From an uncultured archaeon (GTDB lineage Archaea; Aenigmatarchaeota; Aenigmatarchaeia; GW2011-AR5; JAHLMP01): a stretch of DNA of 64,000 nucleotides. A program made the position numbers and the translations under genes. The stretch is from positions 87,512 to 151,511 of the forward strand of contig CAYRXY010000002.1 in assembly GCA_964428495.1 (NCBI GenBank), read 5' to 3'. Position 1 is the stretch's first letter; the number at the start of each line of letters is the position of its first letter. The notes under the pieces were generated by a model. The model had not been told where the DNA came from, searched no databases, and saw only the letters and a list, made by a program, of their open reading frames with translations. Shown here in pieces: positions 27,139-35,737 of this stretch.

Positions 27139-28344
27139 GTGATAAAGATGGTAAAGAAGCTAAAACCAGAAGGTATTGAAACAACAAAGTTAAGTTATGA
27201 GAAAAAGAAAACCAAACAACAAAAACCAAAAAAGAAGAGGAAAACAGAGATCGAAAAATTGAGAAAGAAAAATTTGAAATTAGCTCAGAAATTTACCAAA
27301 GAAGTTGTAGATAAATTTAAGAAAATAATAAAATCCGTCATAATATTCGGTTCCACATCTCGAGGGGATTTGAATAAAGATTCTGATATAGATCTGTTAG
27401 TTATCTATGATGATACAGCTGCTAGATTTACTCCTGAAATGAAGGAAGCATTTGATAATAAACTTCAAGAAATTGGAAAGTCCATCTCAAAAAAAATTTC
27501 CGTTCAGCCCGCATGGTCATTAACAGAATTTTGGGATATGGCAAGAATAGGGCATCCGTTACTTTATACAATAGTAAGAGATGGTTGGGCATTATACGAT
27601 GATGGGTTCTTCATACCTGTTAGAAAGCTTTTAGAAGCAGGAAAAATACCTCATACAATAGAAGCTATCGAATTGTTGATGGGAAGTGCTCCGAAGAAGA
27701 TCGAGAGAGTAAAGAACGTGAAGCTGTATATGATTGCAGAAGATCTTTATTATGCTATGCTAAATTCTTCACAAGCCGTTCTTATGTTTCTTGGAAAGGA
27801 ATCCCCAACTCCTAAGAACGTAGTAAAGGATGTAAAAGAATATCTAGTGGATGCAAGGCTTCTCCCTAAGAAATATCTAAAATGGTTAGAACAGGTTATA
27901 AAGTTCAGAAAGGATGTAGAACATAAAAAGCTTAAGAAAATTTCTGGGCAAAAGCTTGACAAATTTATCGAAAAAGCTGAGGAGTATGTCAAAAGAATGA
28001 ATGCACTACTTATGGCCATTGAAAGAAGAAAAAAAGAGGATATGATAAAGAAAAATTATGAAGTAATGCTAAAAGGAACGATTGCAACATTAAAATCTTT
28101 GGGTAAACTTCCGGAAAATCCTAAGGACTTACCCAAGGCAATTAAGAAATATTTAATAGGTCATGACAATATCAGTCCGATGTACGAGAATGTTTTCAGA
28201 AAGATTATAACAATGAGAAAAATGATAGACACAGATGAGATTGATAAAATACCTCAAAGAGATATTGAAATGATGAGAGAATATGTAAGAAGATTTATCA
28301 GAGAATTATCAAAACTCGTAGAAGAAAAGAAGGTGAGAAAATGA
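27139..28344 (+). CDS. nucleotidyltransferase (MNT/Pol-beta type) fused to HEPN-like helical domain(s), with a Lys-rich N-terminus
   Basis: IIFGSTSRGDLNKDSDIDLLVIYDD (GS-x9-DxD). Downstream helical region AEDLYYAMLNSSQAVLMFLG...VIKFRKDVEH contains an Rx4H motif. ATG 27148 is an alternative start. Confidence 0.6.
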   Translation: MIKMVKKLKPEGIETTKLSYEKKKTKQQKPKKKRKTEIEKLRKKNLKLAQKFTKEVVDKFKKIIKSVIIFGSTSRGDLNKDSDIDLLVIYDDTAARFTPEMKEAFDNKLQEIGKSISKKISVQPAWSLTEFWDMARIGHPLLYTIVRDGWALYDDGFFIPVRKLLEAGKIPHTIEAIELLMGSAPKKIERVKNVKLYMIAEDLYYAMLNSSQAVLMFLGKESPTPKNVVKDVKEYLVDARLLPKKYLKWLEQVIKFRKDVEHKKLKKISGQKLDKFIEKAEEYVKRMNALLMAIERRKKEDMIKKNYEVMLKGTIATLKSLGKLPENPKDLPKAIKKYLIGHDNISPMYENVFRKIITMRKMIDTDEIDKIPQRDIEMMREYVRRFIRELSKLVEEKKVRK

Positions 28345-28514
28345 ATCTCTGGAAATTAGTTGAAAGGGCGGATAGATTAGTTGCGGAAGAAGGTTGGAAA
28401 CCAGTTGAGGATATTCTGTTTGGTGAAAGTATTAGAATATATAAGAAAGGTAAAGAAAGGATGCTATTTGATATATACGGGCAAAAGGAAATTATAACAT
28501 ATACAGTAAATTAG
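28341..28514 (+). CDS. 57-aa micro-ORF translationally coupled (ATGA) to the nucleotidyltransferase gene
   Basis: Own translation: MNLWKLVERADRLVAEEGWKPVEDILFGESIRIYKKGKERMLFDIYGQKEIITYTVN. It falls below the ORF-track length cut-off. ATG 28341 overlaps TGA 28342-28344. Confidence 0.4.
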   Translation: MNLWKLVERADRLVAEEGWKPVEDILFGESIRIYKKGKERMLFDIYGQKEIITYTVN

Positions 28515-29338
28515 AACCAACTACCTAGAATGAATCCTAGTAGTACGAAAAACATAGAGATCTTTATCCATTTTTGTGATCTTTTAACTTCTTTACACAC
28601 TAATGAATATATTGAAAAAACTGTTGCTGGAATTATACCTATGAGATACCAGTAACTCACTATTTTAGTGAAAAGTGGATAGAAAAGTGATAAAACCGCT
28701 ATCAAAAGAATTACATCAGCTATAATTTTACTTCTCCTTCGTCCAATTATTATTGGTAGCGTTTTTATTCCTGAAACCTGATCGCCCTTTATGTCCTCTA
28801 TGTCCTTTAGTATTTCTCTAGCAAGAGTGCCAAAAAATGCTATGAATATGAATATGGAAATTGGTCCAGTGAGTAAGAGTGAAAAGCTGTTATGAATGAG
28901 AGTTGATGCTATAAATGGGATCACAGAAAGAAATGCCACTGTAACATTTTTAACAAATGGTATTTTTTTCAACAAACCTGGATACAAGGTAAATACAACG
29001 AGACTTAACAATGCAATTATAAAGAAGTTTAAACTTACAAGAAATGAAATTCCGAGACCTGTTATAGATAGTAATATATAATAAACAAGAGATTTCTTCT
29101 TTGATATCTTACCGGAAGGTATTGGTCTTTCGGGTTTGTTTATCCTGTCTGTTTCAAAGTCAAAATAGTCATTTATCACATTACCAGCACCAGTAAAGAG
29201 AAAGCCTGCTACTAGAGCTAAAATCACTAGGAAATCAAATGGAGATTTGATTATCAATAAACCAGCTATAATTCCAAAGACTGTCAGTAGACAGACATTT
29301 ATCCGTAAGATGTCAAAATATTCCTTCATAATTATCAT
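28511..29338 (-). CDS. digeranylgeranylglyceryl phosphate synthase (UbiA prenyltransferase)
   Basis: GNVINDYFDFETDRINKPERPIPSG and a second Asp-rich block (LKDIEDIKGD). About 8 TM helices, 275 aa. Confidence 0.8.
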   Translation of the reverse strand: MIIMKEYFDILRINVCLLTVFGIIAGLLIIKSPFDFLVILALVAGFLFTGAGNVINDYFDFETDRINKPERPIPSGKISKKKSLVYYILLSITGLGISFLVSLNFFIIALLSLVVFTLYPGLLKKIPFVKNVTVAFLSVIPFIASTLIHNSFSLLLTGPISIFIFIAFFGTLAREILKDIEDIKGDQVSGIKTLPIIIGRRRSKIIADVILLIAVLSLFYPLFTKIVSYWYLIGIIPATVFSIYSLVCKEVKRSQKWIKISMFFVLLGFILGSWF

Positions 29339-29408
29339 ATATGAAATTACGTCAATTTATAAAAATCTTTTAGAAAGTTTTAAAACTATTTTTTATTTTT
29401 TAGTAAAT

Positions 29409-30110
29409 ATGGAAGATTTTTCATCAATATTTAAAAACTCAGTAGCAGTAATATGGGATTTAGATAAAACATTGATAAGCAAAAATGTCAGTGAAGGAAT
29501 TGGTGAAAAGATTCTAATAGATCAGCTTATGAAGCTAAGGCTGAATAATTTTGTTTATGGAATTAGAAAATACAAAGAACTTAAATCTAAAGAAAGAAAT
29601 GGATGTGAAATAGAAGGTCTTAAAAATTTCTTTGAAATAATAGGAGATAGAAAACTAATGAAGAAAAATAAGTACTACAAGTATGCAAGAAGAGTTGTAG
29701 AGAATCTAGAAATACCTGGGGCGAGAAACGTAATAAATAAGATGAAGAATGATTATGATCTTGAAATGCTTTTGGCAACAACAAGCGACGAGTTGTCAGC
29801 AAAAGCTGCATCAGAATATTTTGGAATGAACAAATATGCGGCTAATCCGATAATATTTGGAAATGAATATGTAAAAGACATCTCTCTAAAAATGTATGAT
29901 AGCGATACAAAGTTTGAGACAGTTAAATATATGATAGAAGATGAAGGTATAAGCCTTAAAGATTGTATTGTGATTGGTGATAGCGAAAAAGATCATAAAT
30001 TAATGAAAAATTCAGAATTTAGTTTTGGAAGTCCTCTTTCTGACAATAAAACAAAAAATCTGGTGGATTATTGGATAAATGATTATCGAGAGTTCATGAA
30101 GTACTTTTAA
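29409..30110 (+). CDS. HAD-superfamily hydrolase (SerB/HAD-IB-like)
   Basis: Start reassigned to ATG 29409. DxDxT motif VIWDLDKTL and distal VIGDSEKDHKLM. Confidence 0.65.
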   Translation: MEDFSSIFKNSVAVIWDLDKTLISKNVSEGIGEKILIDQLMKLRLNNFVYGIRKYKELKSKERNGCEIEGLKNFFEIIGDRKLMKKNKYYKYARRVVENLEIPGARNVINKMKNDYDLEMLLATTSDELSAKAASEYFGMNKYAANPIIFGNEYVKDISLKMYDSDTKFETVKYMIEDEGISLKDCIVIGDSEKDHKLMKNSEFSFGSPLSDNKTKNLVDYWINDYREFMKYF

Positions 30111-30153
30111 ATTTAATATCGTTCTAAATAAAATAATCATTAAAGGTGAATAT

Positions 30154-30906
30154 ATGAAAGATGGTAAAATATTCAGAAAAATAAAGAAAAAATTAAATAG
30201 TGGAAAGAGGCTTCATTTCACATTGATTGATCCTGACCCAAAAAAGGTTACAGTAGAGGATGTTAAATGGAAGGCTAAACAAGCAGAAAAATTTGGAACA
30301 GATGCTATTATGATTGGGGGTTCCACTGGAATAACAAGAAAATATTTAGATAAAATTGTTAAAACGGTGAAATCTTGCTCATCTCTTCCTACTATTTTAT
30401 TTCCAAATGGAGTTGATGGAGTATCAAAATATGCCGACGCAATCTTCTTCATGAGTTTACTAAATTCAAGAGATCCATTTTGGATATCCTATGTACAGGC
30501 TATGGGCTCGGTAGACATAAAGAAGGCTGGATTAGAGGTTATACCGATGGGATATCTTGTTGTAGAACCCGGGATGAAGGTCGGTAAGGTTGGTAAGGTA
30601 AAATTAATAAAAAGAAATGATATAAAAGATGTGATGGGATTTGCACTCGCTGCAGAATATATGGGTATGTCATTAGTTTACTTGGAGGCAGGATCTGGAG
30701 CACATCAACCTGTTCCAACTAAAATGGTCAGAAAGGTCAAAGAGACTATATCGGTTCCTCTTGTAGTAGGCGGAGGAATTAGAGAACCCGAACAAGCACT
30801 AGAAAGGATTAAGGCAGGTGCAGATATTATTGTAACCGGGACAATAACAGAGCAAAATTTTGAGAGAATGAAAGAAATAATTCATATAATAAAATCATTT
30901 AGATAA
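30154..30906 (+). CDS. geranylgeranylglyceryl phosphate synthase (PcrB/GGGPS family)
   Basis: HFTLIDPD, MIGGSTG, YLEAGSGA and VVGGGIR blocks. Confidence 0.85.
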   Translation: MKDGKIFRKIKKKLNSGKRLHFTLIDPDPKKVTVEDVKWKAKQAEKFGTDAIMIGGSTGITRKYLDKIVKTVKSCSSLPTILFPNGVDGVSKYADAIFFMSLLNSRDPFWISYVQAMGSVDIKKAGLEVIPMGYLVVEPGMKVGKVGKVKLIKRNDIKDVMGFALAAEYMGMSLVYLEAGSGAHQPVPTKMVRKVKETISVPLVVGGGIREPEQALERIKAGADIIVTGTITEQNFERMKEIIHIIKSFR

Positions 30907-31927
30907 TTTCGACTTCTTTCAATATACTCCTTGCCTTTTCTTCATCTATTTCAACCTCATTAAGGATTGTGTATCTATCCCTTATATTACGGGCCATGAC
31001 TAAGGCTTTAACAAGTATTTCTTCGGATATTCCTATCTCCTTAGAATTCGTTGGAAGTCCTACTCTTTTGAACATATCTCTAAGATTTCGCCAGTCTTTT
31101 CCTTGTAAATAACTCATAATTATAGCACCAAGTGCACACTGCTCCCCATGAAGAGCTCCTGCATGATGCGCATCTAATGCATGAGAGAAATTGTGTTCCG
31201 AACCAGAGCATGGACGAGATGACCCATAGATATTCATTGCAAATCCGGAAGAGATTAGAGACCAAAGTAGAATTTCAAGACCATGATAGGTCTTTGATTT
31301 TATTTCATCTATGTGAAGTTGAATGGCTCTCACAGGGAGCATTGCAAGCTCTCCGATCACGGCGTTATATTTCTCTTTACCTGCCCGGTCAGCGATCTTC
31401 CAATCTTCAACAGAAACTATGTTTGATAAAATATCGCCTGCACCAGCTGCTAGCCAGCGATATGGAGCCTTCCTAATTACCTCTAAGTCAGTAACTATAG
31501 CATAAGGTTCCTTTGCTATGAGAGATATCTTAATACCGTTAGAGCTTAAAGAAGCTCTTGATGAAACAACTCCATCATGACTTAAAATAGTAGGAAATGC
31601 TATCCATGGTTTACCTATAGAGTAAGCAGAATACTTTGTAATATCAATTGTTCGACCCCCACCAATCCCTATAAGAAAATCTCTATCTTTCAGCTGCGAA
31701 GAAAAATCTTTAAGCGCGTTCTCTTCTATAGTATCAGGTTGATCGATAAGTTTAATGTCGAACGTATCAGAAAGAATTTCAATGATTTCTCCTGCTATGA
31801 GATCTTTGACTCTACCTCCACAGATTATCGCTCCTTTCTTTCCTATATTCAAATCCAAAATGAAATCCGTAATCTTATTTTTCACATTTACATCTACTAA
31901 AATTTTGTAAGGGAATGTAACAATCAT
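30899..31927 (-). CDS. egsA: sn-glycerol-1-phosphate dehydrogenase
   Basis: GIGGGRTIDITKY and HAGALHGEQCALG (metal-binding His). Start taken at MIVTFPYK (31927) to avoid overlap with the upstream gene. Confidence 0.85.
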   Translation of the reverse strand: MIVTFPYKILVDVNVKNKITDFILDLNIGKKGAIICGGRVKDLIAGEIIEILSDTFDIKLIDQPDTIEENALKDFSSQLKDRDFLIGIGGGRTIDITKYSAYSIGKPWIAFPTILSHDGVVSSRASLSSNGIKISLIAKEPYAIVTDLEVIRKAPYRWLAAGAGDILSNIVSVEDWKIADRAGKEKYNAVIGELAMLPVRAIQLHIDEIKSKTYHGLEILLWSLISSGFAMNIYGSSRPCSGSEHNFSHALDAHHAGALHGEQCALGAIIMSYLQGKDWRNLRDMFKRVGLPTNSKEIGISEEILVKALVMARNIRDRYTILNEVEIDEEKARSILKEVEII

Positions 31928-31937
31928 TTTTTTTCGC

Positions 31938-32747
31938 CTATATGAAAAACAAAATATTTCCATAAAATACTGTTAAAAACAACGCTATTGGAAACACTAT
32001 TCCGAATCGCACTCCGTCTTTTATTTTCACTTTTCCTCCCTTCCTTTTTAATCTTTCTACATCCTGTTTCGTCAATCCTTCCCATACTTTCGAACTTGCG
32101 AGAACATCACCGGGTCTTAGCTCAGAGACTGGTATAGTTCTAATAAATGCTTCCTCCTCTACAATCTTTCCAAATTTTACGAATATGGAAAAGAAAAATA
32201 CAATCGATATAATAGAAATTAAAAACATCCAATGAAAGAATTCGACATAATAAAACATGAAGGATAATAGTATAAAGGTGAAAACTGGTAGAATAAGGAT
32301 CTTTTTCCAATCTCTTTTAAATTCTCTAATAAATCTTTTGATAACTTTCTCGTTTCTTAAACCAGCAAAAAGCCCATAAATAACCACCCAGAATAGACCA
32401 ACGATAAAAATATTTACAAAAAATGAGAAGGAGAACAATGGTATCGAAGGGAAGAATGGAACTAAATAACCAATAGATGCCATGATAGCTGCATCCCCAT
32501 CTCCCCATTGACCCATTCTATAAAATACCCAACCTATTGAAAGAAACATGGTACCAACGATTACACTTAGAAATAATGGATACATATTTCCAATCGAAAG
32601 TGCATAGATAAACCATATGAAGAGGCCAAAACCAGTCATAAGAGCGGGTATCTCCTCTGGTATTTCTGTCGTCTTTAAGTCCCAAAGGCCTGCTATCAGA
32701 GATCCAAAAAGTGCGATGAAAAATGTTAAGTCTATCGGTTGCATCAT
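31938..32747 (-). CDS. archaeal type IV prepilin/preflagellin peptidase (A24 family, FlaK/PibD-like)
   Basis: Two Asp motifs, WDLKTTEIPEEI and QWGDGDAAIM, within a polytopic protein. A soluble insert lies before the last TM helix, as in FlaK. Confidence 0.75.
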   Translation of the reverse strand: MMQPIDLTFFIALFGSLIAGLWDLKTTEIPEEIPALMTGFGLFIWFIYALSIGNMYPLFLSVIVGTMFLSIGWVFYRMGQWGDGDAAIMASIGYLVPFFPSIPLFSFSFFVNIFIVGLFWVVIYGLFAGLRNEKVIKRFIREFKRDWKKILILPVFTFILLSFMFYYVEFFHWMFLISIISIVFFFSIFVKFGKIVEEEAFIRTIPVSELRPGDVLASSKVWEGLTKQDVERLKRKGGKVKIKDGVRFGIVFPIALFLTVFYGNILFFI

Positions 32748-32821
32748 ATCATAATTTCCTAAGAATAGATTTTAATCTTTTTATTGGACTAAAAAGTTAA
32801 ATATAAGTAAAAGGGATTTTT

Positions 32822-33496
32822 ATGTTCACACCCAATCATATAGGAATCATCCCAGATGGTAATAGAAGATTTGGTCGAAAATATGGGTTAACTCTTGTTC
32901 AAGCCTACGAGAGAGGTATCAACAAACTTAGAGATGTTTGCGGATGGAGTAAAGAACTTGGTATTAAAACTCTGACTGTTTGGGGGTTTTCAACAGAGAA
33001 TTTTGGAAGGAGTATAATAGAAAAACAGATTTTCTTTCGATTATTAAATGAAAAAATAAAAAACATAATAAATTCCGATGAGTTTAGAAAGGAAAATTTG
33101 GGGATTAGAATAATAGGAAAATTAGATATGTTTCCTAATTATTTAAGAGAATCTTTTAGAAAGTTGGAATCTGTATTTAGTGAAGGAGAAGTTTCTCTAA
33201 ATATCGCACTTGGATATGGTGGTAGGCAAGAGCTTGTTGATGCTTTTAATAAAATGATAAAAAATGGGATTAAAAAGATAGATCAGAATTTAGTAAAAAA
33301 TTTCCTGTATCTAAATGAAGAGCCTGATCTAATAATAAGAACTTCCGGAGAGAAGAGAACGAGCGGCTTCTTACCTTGGCAAAGTGCATACTCTGAATTC
33401 GTTTTCTTAAAGCCATTGTGGCCGGAACTTTCTAAGAGAGACTTTCTGAGTGCAATCAGAGAATTTCAACGAAGACAAAGAAGATTTGGCAGGTAA
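32822..33496 (+). CDS. uppS: cis-prenyltransferase (undecaprenyl/dolichyl-type diphosphate synthase)
   Basis: HIGIIPDGNRRFG, TVWGFSTENF and IRTSGEKRTSGFLPWQSAYSEF. Confidence 0.85.
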   Translation: MFTPNHIGIIPDGNRRFGRKYGLTLVQAYERGINKLRDVCGWSKELGIKTLTVWGFSTENFGRSIIEKQIFFRLLNEKIKNIINSDEFRKENLGIRIIGKLDMFPNYLRESFRKLESVFSEGEVSLNIALGYGGRQELVDAFNKMIKNGIKKIDQNLVKNFLYLNEEPDLIIRTSGEKRTSGFLPWQSAYSEFVFLKPLWPELSKRDFLSAIREFQRRQRRFGR

Positions 33497-33534
33497 CGAA
33501 ACCTTTAAATTGAGGCTTATTGAATTATAAATTT

Positions 33535-33933
33535 ATGAAAGGCATTACTCCAGTAATTGCAATTATCCTACTCTTGATGATAACAATATCGTTAGTAGGG
33601 TTCACGTTCGTCTGGTTCCAGCGAATAACATCATCTGCTATGAATAGCACACAACAAAATTTACAGAACCAACAAAAACAAATAGGAACAATATTATCTA
33701 TCGATAACATTGATAAGACAAATGGAAAAGTTTATGTAAGAAATTCTGGATCGTTTACTGTAGATACTGACAGCATTGCAGTTTATGTCAATGACACTGA
33801 AATGATAACTTGTACTTGGAGTGGCACTAGTATAGAACCTGGTAAAGTAGCAAGTTGTACAAATTCAACAATTAAGAGTTGTGGCACTGTAAAGGTAACT
33901 TCTGGTGGCAGTACAGATATGAAAAGCTGTTGA
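33535..33933 (+). CDS. archaeal type IV pilin (class III signal peptide, DUF1628-like N-terminus), Cys-rich
   Basis: MKGITPVIAIILLLMITISLVGF at the ATG 33535 start (the ORF track begins at TTG 33520). The C-terminal part has 5 Cys and NxS/T sequons. Confidence 0.7.
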   Translation: MKGITPVIAIILLLMITISLVGFTFVWFQRITSSAMNSTQQNLQNQQKQIGTILSIDNIDKTNGKVYVRNSGSFTVDTDSIAVYVNDTEMITCTWSGTSIEPGKVASCTNSTIKSCGTVKVTSGGSTDMKSC

Positions 33934-33955
33934 ATTTTTTGTTTTTAAATTTTCT
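33934..33955 (+). terminator. oligo-T tract after the first pilin gene
   Basis: ATTTTTTGTTTTTAAATTTTC lies immediately after the stop. Archaeal terminators are typically T-runs. Confidence 0.3.
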
Positions 33956-34066
33956 GGTTATGTTAACGCAATTAAGAGAAGTTTATCCGAAGGGTTGAAT
34001 TTGGGTGAAGGCGAGGAGTTATAGCACCGCAAGCCGAAACCTCGGGGTCTACATGCTCATCGAGAA

Positions 34067-35008
34067 TTAATTTACTTTATTTATTGGATTTCCTTCTAGA
34101 AAAGATTTTATGTTATTTAGTGTCATTTCTCTAACTCTCTGTTGAGCTTCTTTTGTCATCCATCCATAATCTGGAGTGAGATAAACATTGTCCAGTTTTC
34201 TGAATTTATCTCTCCATTCTTCATCCTGGAGTTCATCAAACCAAACAAAAATCTTTCTTTCTTTACAAAGTTCATATAGAGCTTCTAAATCAACTAATTC
34301 CATCCTGGCAGAATTAAGTAAAACTGCCCCCTGTTTCATTAATTTCAGATTTGTTTTATTCAAAATATTTTTAGTTTTATCAGTTAAATTACAATGTAAA
34401 CTTACAACATCACTTTGTCTTAATAAATCATTTAATTCAACAAATTGATAAGAAACATCTTTTTTGTTTTTGGAATAATAAATAATATTCATTCCAAATC
34501 CTTGAGCAATTTCTGCAACTCTGCTTCCTATTCTTCCTAAGCCAATTATTCCCAAAGTTTTACCTTTCAATTCCCAGCCCAAGAACTTCTCAAAACCCCA
34601 GTTTCCTTGTTTAACAAAATTCATTGCATCATGGGTTTGTCTGGAGATATTAAGTAATGAAGAAATTGTTAATTCAGCTACTGCTTCAGTAGCGTAGCCG
34701 GGAATATTAGTTAAAGTGATCCCTTTTCTGTTAAGGATTTGAATATTAAAGTGAGAAACATCGGTATGCATTGCTCCGATATATTTCAGTTTCGAATTTC
34801 CAAATAAAGAATCATCGTAAAAATCAAAAAGACGTGTAATCAAAGCATCCGCACCTTCTAAATCTGATAATTTCAAAGCTTTTAGATATTCTCCTTCAGC
34901 AAAAACAACTTTTACTGATTCTGCAAACTGTTTTAGTTTATCAACAAATTCTTTTTCAAGAGGTTTTGATCTCAAATCATATAAAACAATTTTTTTAAAT
35001 TTCATCAT
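34067..35008 (-). CDS. D-isomer-specific 2-hydroxyacid dehydrogenase family protein (catalytic His apparently replaced)
   Basis: NAD-binding site GIIGLGRIGSRVA and LLNSARMELVD (catalytic Arg). The usual TPH block reads LTPDYGW. Very AT-rich gene. Confidence 0.7.
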   Translation of the reverse strand: MMKFKKIVLYDLRSKPLEKEFVDKLKQFAESVKVVFAEGEYLKALKLSDLEGADALITRLFDFYDDSLFGNSKLKYIGAMHTDVSHFNIQILNRKGITLTNIPGYATEAVAELTISSLLNISRQTHDAMNFVKQGNWGFEKFLGWELKGKTLGIIGLGRIGSRVAEIAQGFGMNIIYYSKNKKDVSYQFVELNDLLRQSDVVSLHCNLTDKTKNILNKTNLKLMKQGAVLLNSARMELVDLEALYELCKERKIFVWFDELQDEEWRDKFRKLDNVYLTPDYGWMTKEAQQRVREMTLNNIKSFLEGNPINKVN

Positions 35009-35247
35009 AATAGTAGTTTAGAACGATCATATTTAATTCTTTCTGAAAAAAGATGAGCGGATGGGATCATTTATCCTATGTTAGACATGGGTAAAAGACC
35101 GAGTGAACGAACGTGAACAGGGGCCATGAAGCAGAGACGTAAACTCGATAATTTTGTTTTTCCATTTAATCATCAATAAGTTAACATAACCCGTTTTTCT
35201 AAATCTTTAAATATCAAGGTTTGAATATTTATCTTTAGGTGTAAACC

Positions 35248-35697
35248 ATGAAAGGTATATCACCTTTAATTGCATCAGTGCTGTTGATTGCATTCACAGT
35301 AAGTATAGCAACCATCATTCTAGGGTGGTTCTCAGGTTTCGTAAAGACAACAACAGAAAACGTTTCATCCAGTACAGAACAAACAATGGGCTGTAGTGTA
35401 GCAGGAATAAGTATAGAGCATATTTATTTAAATGTCAGTGGTTCAAACGCAAGTGTTGTTGTTAAAAATACGGGATATAAAGACTTTTCTAATGTATCAG
35501 CCTTGATAGTTTCAAAAAGTGGTGCAACTTGTAGTGGATCAATAAATTCACTTAAGAAGGGAATGGTTGGGACTCTATCGTTTAATTGTGCTAGTATAAC
35601 ATCTTGTGATGTGTTTGATAGAGCAATAGTGACAACAGAATGTGGAGGAGTTTCAGACACAGTGACAAGTTCAAGCTATTGTTCTGTAGCAAGTTAA
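35248..35697 (+). CDS. archaeal type IV pilin (class III signal peptide), Cys-rich
   Basis: MKGISPLIASVLLIAFTVSIATIILGW is paralogous to the N-terminus of 33535..33933. The globular part has 7 Cys. Confidence 0.7.
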   Translation: MKGISPLIASVLLIAFTVSIATIILGWFSGFVKTTTENVSSSTEQTMGCSVAGISIEHIYLNVSGSNASVVVKNTGYKDFSNVSALIVSKSGATCSGSINSLKKGMVGTLSFNCASITSCDVFDRAIVTTECGGVSDTVTSSSYCSVAS

Positions 35698-35737
35698 AGG
35701 ATATATTTATTTTTTATTTATTTTTATAACAAAATTT

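Noticed and set aside
27139-28344. Nucleotidyltransferase considered as the class I CCA-adding enzyme, which is needed because the tRNA genes lack CCA
   Set aside because: The motif is of the minimal-NTase type (GS-x9-DxD followed by LLV). The C-terminal helical part looks HEPN-like rather than like the CCA-enzyme neck, body and tail. This remains untested without a profile search.
33956-35191. Dehydrogenase unit considered as an integron-type gene cassette (attC) or an IS/MITE
   Set aside because: I found no integrase or transposase. There is no RYYYAAC...GTTRRRY pair in the right geometry and no target-site duplication. A 12-bp inverted repeat can occur by chance in AT-rich DNA. It is kept only as a low-confidence 'old insertion' finding.
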